Assembly (NCBI GenBank): GCA_023206055.1
Contig: CP065366.1
Span: 2,219,385 to 2,243,384 of the forward strand
Reading direction: 5' to 3'
DNA length: 24,000 bases
From: Vibrio cyclitrophicus
GTDB taxonomy: Bacteria; Pseudomonadota; Gammaproteobacteria; Enterobacterales; Vibrionaceae
Shown: positions 17,522-24,000 of the stretch, piece by piece
Numbering within the stretch: position 1 is the first letter of the stretch
Layout: each line of letters starts with the position of its first letter
Program-made: the position numbers and the translations under genes
Notes under the pieces: generated by a model
What the model was told of the DNA's origin: nothing
Database searches by the model: none
The model's input: only the letters and a program-made list of their open reading frames with translations

Positions 17522-18757
17522 CTAGTGGCTTCGCAAGATCCCTTCAAGCACATTAAACAACAAGTCGATCTCTTCAATCGAGTTGTAATGCATACAACCA
17601 ATACGCACCACGCCCTGCTCTTCAATACCCAACTGTTTCACCAAACCTAATGCGTAGAAATGTCCGTTCCACACACAGATATTATGTTCACCCAACTTCT
17701 TAGCGATGAACTCTGGAGAGTGGTCATCAAAGGTAATCGCAAACGTTGGGGTTCTTAGGTTCGAATCAAATTCGGTTTTCCCGTAAAGCTTTGCCCCTTC
17801 AAGGTCGGCCAAGCGTTTAAGGAAGTACTCACTCAGTTGGCTTTCATGCTTATTATACAGCGCGTAGCTTTGCTCTAAACGAGAACGCAATGAATCGGCT
17901 GGATCACCTAACTGCGCCAAGTAATCCACCGCCGCAATCACACCGGCAAGGCCTTCAAAGCTTTGTGTTCCTGTTTCAAATCGACCTGGGCCGATATTGG
18001 TTGCAGGCTCAACCTTGTAAGGCTTTAAAGTATGCAGCCATTGAGGCGCAACATAAGCAATGCCAACATGAGGGCCGAAGAACTTATACGCTGAACACGC
18101 TAAGAAATCACAATTCAGTTGCTGAACATCAATCAAGTGATGGGGTGCGTAATGCACGGCATCGACATAAACCTGCGCACCATGCTGATGGGCAAGCTCA
18201 ATAACTTTCGCCATGTCGACAATCGAGCCCGTCGTATTCGAAGCAAACGTCACCGCGACAAGCTTGGTTTTCTCGTTAAGCAGCGACTCAAAGTGCGCCA
18301 TATCCAAACTGCAATCCGACTCGTCTACGCGAACTTGGCGAACAATCGCACCTTTGTCGCCTGCCGCTTGCTGCCAGCTCGAAACATTTGAGTAATGGTC
18401 TAACGCCGTGACGATAACTTCATCGCCCTCTTTCCAATCGCGGCTGATCGCTCGGCTAAGTTGGAAGGTCAGCGATGTCATGTTCGCGCCGAACACAACA
18501 TTGCCAGAAGACTCCGCATTAAGCAGTGCTTGCGCCGCTTCTCGCGCTTGCTGCATTAAGCTTGTGGTCTTTTGGCTAGAAAAATAGTGGCCGCCTAGGT
18601 TTGAATTGAAATGCCCTAGGTATTCGGTCATCGAAGCTAAAACATTCTCTGGTACCTGAGATCCACCAGGCCCATCAAAAAAGGTCACCGGCTTGCCGTT
18701 ATGATATTGGCCTAAAGCACTAAACTGTTGGCGCACATCATTAAGAGTGAAGGACAT
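17522..18757 (-). CDS. Class-V PLP-dependent aminotransferase / cysteine desulfurase-like protein (VC1184-type)
   Basis: About 411 aa. The PLP-lysine motif SAYKFFGPH (compare S-x-H-K-x-x-G-P in NifS/SufS) and the overall fold-type I pattern are present. The ORF opens at 18766, but the ATG at 18757 has AAGGA 8 nt upstream. The subfamily label is from memory. Confidence 0.88.
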   Translation of the reverse strand: MSFTLNDVRQQFSALGQYHNGKPVTFFDGPGGSQVPENVLASMTEYLGHFNSNLGGHYFSSQKTTSLMQQAREAAQALLNAESSGNVVFGANMTSLTFQLSRAISRDWKEGDEVIVTALDHYSNVSSWQQAAGDKGAIVRQVRVDESDCSLDMAHFESLLNEKTKLVAVTFASNTTGSIVDMAKVIELAHQHGAQVYVDAVHYAPHHLIDVQQLNCDFLACSAYKFFGPHVGIAYVAPQWLHTLKPYKVEPATNIGPGRFETGTQSFEGLAGVIAAVDYLAQLGDPADSLRSRLEQSYALYNKHESQLSEYFLKRLADLEGAKLYGKTEFDSNLRTPTFAITFDDHSPEFIAKKLGEHNICVWNGHFYALGLVKQLGIEEQGVVRIGCMHYNSIEEIDLLFNVLEGILRSH

Positions 18758-19400
18758 TGCGCGCATCCTTAGCTGTTAGAACAAACACATCCATATAGCC
18801 CATCTCATCGTGGTCTATGGTACGAATCGGCTGTGCGTTGTGCCAAAGCTTGCTGTCGGCCAGCATTGCGACTTCACCGTCTTCAAGCACTTTTCTAAAG
18901 AATGGTGCTTCATGAGAATCTTGGTACAGCATGATCTCGCCGCCCACAATGTTATGACGGTTAACACCAATTAAAGCGATGTGGTCGAAGCCATCTTGGT
19001 GAACACCTTCTGGCGCAACCTGAGTTTCTTCAAAAATAGCGGCAATGCGGATTTGGTGGATTTCGATTTCTTGTCCGTCTTCAAGCCCATTGGTTTCAAT
19101 AAACAGTTCACACATCTCTTGCATGCCTTCGCTGCTTAGAATTGGTGCTTCAATTGGCTCGAATTGGCGAACAACATCACCTTGAAAGTGATTAATGTCT
19201 TCAGACTGAACAAAGTTATGTTTGTCTAGCTCTACGACTTGTCCATTACTGAATTGAACCACCGAGTACCTTCTCAATCGAAACTGACCATCCGCATGCT
19301 CTGTGCTTGGAAGCTTAGAGAATGACGGTGACAACTCCTCAACTGCGTGGTTACTGAGGTGGGTAATATGTAGGGTATTTTCGTGAGCATGTAACATCAT
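18741..19400 (-). CDS. 2OG-Fe(II) dioxygenase family protein (PF10014-like)
   Basis: It carries an HxD...H facial-triad candidate (GVHQDGFDH ... KLWHNAQP) and resembles what I recall of the 2OG-Fe_Oxy_2 family of amino-acid hydroxylases. The ORF extends to 19493, but ATGATG at 19400 is preceded by AAGGAG. The stop overlaps the downstream gene by 17 nt. Confidence 0.75.
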   Translation of the reverse strand: MMLHAHENTLHITHLSNHAVEELSPSFSKLPSTEHADGQFRLRRYSVVQFSNGQVVELDKHNFVQSEDINHFQGDVVRQFEPIEAPILSSEGMQEMCELFIETNGLEDGQEIEIHQIRIAAIFEETQVAPEGVHQDGFDHIALIGVNRHNIVGGEIMLYQDSHEAPFFRKVLEDGEVAMLADSKLWHNAQPIRTIDHDEMGYMDVFVLTAKDARNVLHS

Positions 19401-19880
19401 CGACTCCTTAATGATTGTTAATTTACTTTCGATATTTAACGTTTTATTTACATAAAGGATACTTGAAGATCTTGTCAAATCAACATTAAACAATCATTTA
19501 TCCCGTCAGATTTAATAATTCAGACACTAAATCCAACTTGAAAATCAAAAGCAGTGTATAACACCAGAATAAAAGATGACCAACTCTTAAAACTAGCACA
19601 CTCCACTAGCTAGTTATAAATCCCTACAAATTTAAATTTAACGATATTATTAACTAGCATGTGATGTTTCATACTATGTCAGCCCTCTCTCTTCAATACG
19701 CCAGTCTCCATGCATGAGTTCAGGCATCACACTCGTCATCATTCATTTCTATGCTTTTGCACAACGAAATACGACCTACCTATCAATTGCCAAGCTATTG
19801 ATTATTTACACAACAATCTGAAATTGGTTAATTTATGAGTACGCCAGAATCCACACGCCTTTGCTTGCGCGTCTGGAACA

Positions 19881-19905
19881 GGTCGAGTTCGGGGGGAACT
19901 CGGCC
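19881..19905. other. GC-rich stem-loop in otherwise AT-rich non-coding DNA
   Basis: TCGAGTTC (19883-19890) / GAACTCGG (19896-19903) around a G5 loop, extendable to GGTCGAGTT / AACTCGGCC. No adjacent T-run on either strand. Confidence 0.4.
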
Positions 19906-20258
19906 GCCCTCAAATGGCTCATTTCTTTTAGAAGAGCAACTTGATAGTTCTTTTAGTATCGAAGATGTTTGAGATGGAATGTTGCGGGTGGGATTTGCTC
20001 AGTAGCGTTTGAAGTCGATGGTGACAATGAATCTAACGTCTAAATAAACGGCAAGTAGTCAAAAACGCCAAGTGTTCTTAGCTAACACGTTTATGCCCCA
20101 TGATTTGGTAACCTTTTACTCATTCACATCGTGTTCATGGGATTTTACCCTACTAGAAGTTATCCATTCTTCTAATACTGTTCGTCGTGAATCCCCCGTG
20201 TTGGATCTCGGGGGTAAATTCGACCAACTATCAACTACTTTGCACTTCAAATAATTGC

Positions 20259-20285
20259 AATTGATTAATTTCCTTTAAATCAATT
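20259..20285. promoter_or_regulatory. Inverted repeat AATTGATT-N11-AATCAATT upstream of the cassette, a possible operator or promoter element
   Basis: 8-bp arms at 20259-20266 and 20278-20285. A CATAAT -10 candidate lies at 20292-20297, 40 nt upstream of the ATG at 20337. Confidence 0.3.
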
Positions 20286-20336
20286 AAGTAGCATAATGCG
20301 CCGCAACAGCATATCAAATTCAAATATGGTAAATTA

Positions 20337-21305
20337 ATGAGCGTTGATACTAAAAAAGTTAAAGTGACTTTTTTTATAACTGGGCAAGATGATAAGAGTA
20401 AAACTCTAAATGCCCCACTACAATTTGGTAGCTTATGGAAAGACCATTTCTCTAAGTCAAAAAAACCAAAGTTGCAAACTCGTGTGTTGACTAACAATTC
20501 GACAACCAAAACATCTACACGTGACCTAGTTCTTTCCATTATTGAATGGGACAAAGATGCTGAATTTTATTTCGGTTATGTCGGTACATTTAGAGACACG
20601 ACGCTACCAACAAAGTTTAATAAAGATACACTGATTGACCAAAATATCGACTTGGACAACCAAGAAGAGATTATGGAAAAAAGTTATTTCTTGTATTACC
20701 CAAAAACAGACATTCTCGTATTCCACCAAAACCACCTTGGCCCTCGTGCCGATGACTTGGGGTATCTGTTATACATGTTTGGAGGTCTAAAAAGAGTACA
20801 TTTTGAACCTATTTGGAAAGACGCAGATATCAAAGCTCTGCTAGAAAATAACAATGTGATCAAAAATGGGTCTTTAACACTTGCTCTACCACGTAACTTC
20901 TCTGAATCAAACTTAGATTTGTCTAATTCTTGGAGCAAAGAGATCATTAGTATGATGTCATCTACTGGTATGAGTCGTCTTGCGATAAACTTTTGGGGTC
21001 GAGCAGGTAGAAAAACTGAGAAAGGCTATCTTAATGATAATATTCGTGCCGGTATTAAGGAGTTAATTAGTACTTATGGCACAAGTCGTAGACTTGGTAA
21101 ATCGGAGCCCGCAATCAAAAAAGCGGAAGTCACTTTAAAAAGTGGTGGAAAGAAACAAACTCTTCTCAACCAAGATCTATCGACTAAACTAGATGTAAAC
21201 GTAGTTAAAGGCTATCCGACATTACAAGGTATGCGTCAGACATTAGTTTTTGCAAAAACGAGGTGCCAAGATACCTTGTTGCAGTACTACCATCAAAAAA
21301 GATAG
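20337..21305 (+). CDS. Uncharacterised 322-aa soluble protein, first gene of the AT-rich cassette
   Basis: A 969-nt uninterrupted ORF in DNA of about 30-37% GC, where random ORFs should be short. The protein is Lys/Asn-rich with no TM segment. I found no Walker, nuclease, DDE, HTH or other motif I can name. Confidence 0.85.
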   Translation: MSVDTKKVKVTFFITGQDDKSKTLNAPLQFGSLWKDHFSKSKKPKLQTRVLTNNSTTKTSTRDLVLSIIEWDKDAEFYFGYVGTFRDTTLPTKFNKDTLIDQNIDLDNQEEIMEKSYFLYYPKTDILVFHQNHLGPRADDLGYLLYMFGGLKRVHFEPIWKDADIKALLENNNVIKNGSLTLALPRNFSESNLDLSNSWSKEIISMMSSTGMSRLAINFWGRAGRKTEKGYLNDNIRAGIKELISTYGTSRRLGKSEPAIKKAEVTLKSGGKKQTLLNQDLSTKLDVNVVKGYPTLQGMRQTLVFAKTRCQDTLLQYYHQKR

Positions 21306-21311
21306 TGAAAA

Positions 21312-21779
21312 ATGATATCAGAATTTAAGTTTAGTAAATCGAAGTTATTTTACAGTGCTGTTGTTATATGCCCTGTACTCGCTTTTACTGCAGAGCCAAC
21401 ACACGACAGAATCATAGCTATAGCTAGCCCATTGGCTACTGTAGCTGGTATTTTGTTTGGATTTGTAATGGCATCGATAACTTTTATTTCTTCTAATTCC
21501 AAAAATCAACTCATCGCCAACATGAAGAGCACCAACTTGTACCACCCGCTGATGGAAAACCTCGCAACCACAGGTTTAGCCTTAATCACGAGTTGTATAT
21601 TTATGGTGTTTTCTATTTTCATGCCCGAAAATGATATGTTTTCTTGGTTTTTGAAGACTAGCTTCAAGCTCAACTGGGACAATTTTTTTCTATTGATTGG
21701 CTTTTACACCTTAATTTACGGTCTCTTTGAGTTCTTATCTACGTGGCGTAAAGTTAACGACGTAGTATGTAAATTATAA
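21312..21779 (+). CDS. Uncharacterised 155-aa integral membrane protein (about 4 TM helices), second gene of the cassette
   Basis: It starts 6 nt after the upstream stop. Hydrophobic segments are LFYSAVVICPVLAFTA, IIAIASPLATVAGILFGFVMASITFI, LATTGLALITSCIFMVFSIFM and FFLLIGFYTLIYGLFEFLSTW. A strong terminator follows immediately. Confidence 0.85.
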   Translation: MISEFKFSKSKLFYSAVVICPVLAFTAEPTHDRIIAIASPLATVAGILFGFVMASITFISSNSKNQLIANMKSTNLYHPLMENLATTGLALITSCIFMVFSIFMPENDMFSWFLKTSFKLNWDNFFLLIGFYTLIYGLFEFLSTWRKVNDVVCKL

Positions 21780-21801
21780 AGCTCCGACCGGAGCTTTTTT
21801 T
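21780..21801 (+). terminator. Intrinsic terminator of the two-gene cassette
   Basis: Stem AGCTCC (21780-21785) / GGAGCT (21790-21795) with loop GACC and a T7 run, starting 1 nt after the stop codon. Confidence 0.9.
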
Positions 21802-22199
21802 ATTTCATGATTTTAGCTAATGCCCTAGCGACTTTTAACAGATGCGTTGATGTCCGGATCTCCAATTCAGATTGAATCCCCCCAACAGTGCAATCCCTGC
21901 CAATGTTTGCTGTGGCCTAACTACTTGGCCTGTAGGCCTACAAGCTTCTTCAAAGTCGATTTCAAACCAACGAGAGGTAAGTTTGATTAAGGGAGTGATA
22001 CCTCATCTATTCAACCGTACACAGCCATAGCCCAACACTCCAAAGCCCCAAAACCTTTACGTGTTTTGACCAATCTTCCAGCCACGAAAACGTTTGTCTC
22101 GATTAAGTTCTAAACTATAACGATTAATTACACTTCTGCCCTTGTTTACACTTTTATTGCCTCCATATTTTCCATACAATCCTAAGCGATTATAAATAA

Positions 22200-23183
<984 letters not shown>

Positions 23184-23262
23184 ATCTGAGATTGCAGATT
23201 TGATTATCGGTGCTCTCGCCTCAGTAGATGCAGGGCGTCATCACATTTTGTTGTAAATCCCT

Positions 23263-23297
23263 AAAGCCCAGTGGTATATCCACTGGGCTTTCTTTTG
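23263..23297 (+). terminator. Intrinsic terminator after trxB
   Basis: Stem AAAGCCCAGTGG (23263-23274) / CCACTGGGCTTT (23280-23291) with loop TATAT, followed by CTTTTG. Confidence 0.85.
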
Positions 23298-23344
23298 TAT
23301 ACTAGCCGCCCTCAACAAATAATAATTATCATTAAGCCTTCATA

Positions 23345-24000
23345 ATGGATAAGAAAAAACAACGCAGCTTGAACAAGTGGCTTAAGCAACAGAGTAAGTT
23401 AGCGAAACGCTGGCTTATGATTGCGATTAGCCTTGGCGTACTTTCAAGCGTGTTCTTAATTGCTCAAGCAGCTCTTCTCGCCTCTATTCTTCACCAGCTG
23501 ATCATCGAGAATGTCGATAAGTCTGAACTGGTTGGTCATTTTGCTGGCTTGGCACTTTCGGTCGTTGGCCGTGCGGGCTGTACATGGGGTCGTGAAATCG
23601 CAGGTTATCGCTGTGGTGAACAGATCCGTGTTTACATTAGGCAGCTCATTCTCGATAAGTTACGCGAACTAGGCCCTGCTTACATCAAAGGTAAGCCTGC
23701 GGGTACGTGGGCAACGTTGTTGCTAGAACAAGTTGAAGACATGCAAGACTTCTTCTCTCGTTACTTACCTCAGATGTCTTTATCGGTAATGATTCCATTC
23801 ATTATTTTAGTTGTGGTGTTCCCAGTAAACTGGGCAGCAGGACTGATCTTCTTGATTACTGCTCCACTGGTACCGATGTTCATGGCACTTGTTGGTATGA
23901 AAGCGGCCGATGCAAACCGTAAAAACTTCAAAGCGCTGCAGCGTCTTTCAGGTCACTTTTACGACCGTTTGCAGTCAATGACAACCATTCGTCTATTTGA
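23345..24000 (+). CDS. cydD: Cysteine/glutathione ABC exporter subunit CydD (5' part, runs off the window)
   Basis: Hand translation gives MDKKKQRSLNKWLKQQSKLAKRWL...GKPAGTWATLLLEQVEDMQDFFSRYLPQM...TAPLVPMFMALVGMKAADANRKNFKALQRLSGHF. It tracks E. coli CydD nearly motif for motif. It is absent from the ORF track only because no stop codon falls within the window. Confidence 0.9.
   Translation, partial: MDKKKQRSLNKWLKQQSKLAKRWLMIAISLGVLSSVFLIAQAALLASILHQLIIENVDKSELVGHFAGLALSVVGRAGCTWGREIAGYRCGEQIRVYIRQLILDKLRELGPAYIKGKPAGTWATLLLEQVEDMQDFFSRYLPQMSLSVMIPFIILVVVFPVNWAAGLIFLITAPLVPMFMALVGMKAADANRKNFKALQRLSGHFYDRLQSMTTIRLF

Noticed and set aside
19401-19493. A 31-codon N-terminal extension of the dioxygenase ORF (MFNVDLTRSSSILYVNKTLNIESKLTIIKES).
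   Set aside because: The AAGGAG ribosome-binding site sits directly upstream of the ATGATG at 19400. The extension is AT-rich, promoter-like DNA.
19840-19915. I asked whether the GC-rich patch is a tRNA/tmRNA 3' fragment (a classic island att site) or a c-di-GMP (GEMM) riboswitch.
   Set aside because: There is no GGTTCGAATCC-type T-arm or CCA end, and no similarity to the GEMM-I core as I remember it. I left it as an unexplained hairpin.
20072-20554. Two track ORFs in or next to the cassette: 20072-20254 (+, 60 aa, GTG start) and 20231-20554 (-, 107 aa).
   Set aside because: The minus-strand ORF overlaps the 5' end of the much longer gene A on the opposite strand. The plus-strand ORF has a non-ATG start and no ribosome-binding site, and runs across a hairpin. 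Both look like chance frames, although the 60-aa one could be a gene remnant.
20188-21882. A 10-bp direct repeat TGAATCCCCC at 20188-20197 and 21873-21882 brackets the cassette and could be an att or target-duplication scar. A GGATCTC heptamer also lies near both copies.
   Set aside because: By my estimate, the expected number of chance 10-mer matches between flanks of about 840 and 440 bp is roughly 0.3-0.6. The accompanying GGATCTC motifs are in the opposite relative order on the two sides. The evidence does not support calling boundaries.
20007-21967. An 11/12 inverted match: GTTTGAAGTCGA (20007-20018) versus the reverse complement of 21956-21967 (GTTTGAAATCGA), a possible pair of terminal inverted repeats.
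   Set aside because: By my estimate, more than one such match is expected by chance for flanks of this size, and the similarity does not extend beyond the 12-mer.
21850-22005. A minus-strand open frame reading ...LTSRWFEIDFEEACRPTGQVV..., faintly reminiscent of the L-x-W-x-D-I-D motif of tyrosine recombinases. It could be an integrase remnant next to the cassette.
   Set aside because: Only about 6 residues resemble the motif. There is no start codon and none of the downstream catalytic R/K/H-x-x-R/Y context. The similarity is too weak without a tBLASTn search.
22084-22099. ACGAAAACGTTTGTCT, a 13/16 match to the PurR box consensus ACGCAAACGTTTGCGT, lies 125 nt upstream of trxB.
   Set aside because: I do not know trxB to be in the PurR regulon. 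The match relies on an AT-rich central AAACGTTT palindrome that many LacI-family sites share. I recorded it but did not call it.

Overview
This is a chromosomal segment that looks like a Vibrio-type gammaproteobacterium. That call is inferred from the protein sequences and from the gene order sulA, purC, DEAH helicase, maeA, sanA, DASS transporter, glpM-like, two GGDEF genes, LysR/DJ-1 pair, 2OG-dioxygenase/PLP-enzyme pair, trxB, cydD, which matches my recollection of the V. cholerae VC1180-VC1190 neighbourhood. Most of the window is ordinary core genome with clean intrinsic terminators between convergent genes. Two regions look accessory. (1) A 1254-bp IS3-family element (9587-10840) is inserted inside a (GGCTATT)n heptamer microsatellite, and its orfA appears broken by a 1-nt frameshift. 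(2) An AT-rich two-gene cassette (20337-21779) encodes a 322-aa soluble protein I cannot assign to any family. Six nucleotides downstream it encodes a 155-aa protein with about four predicted transmembrane helices, followed by its own strong terminator. The cassette sits between unusually long ORF-free flanks (843 bp and about 420 bp), between the conserved dioxygenase/aminotransferase pair and trxB. This cassette is my best candidate for an undescribed system: a cytoplasmic component plus a small membrane effector, the architecture typical of abortive-infection or anti-phage modules. I could not run any similarity search, so that interpretation is inference. Secondary curiosities are octamer tandem arrays after purC, an overlapping 2OG-Fe(II) dioxygenase / class-V PLP enzyme pair, a Cys-rich DUF2797-like protein flanked by two diguanylate cyclases, and a DEAH helicase with a C-terminus unlike HrpB. 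I saw no rRNA, tRNA or CRISPR array.
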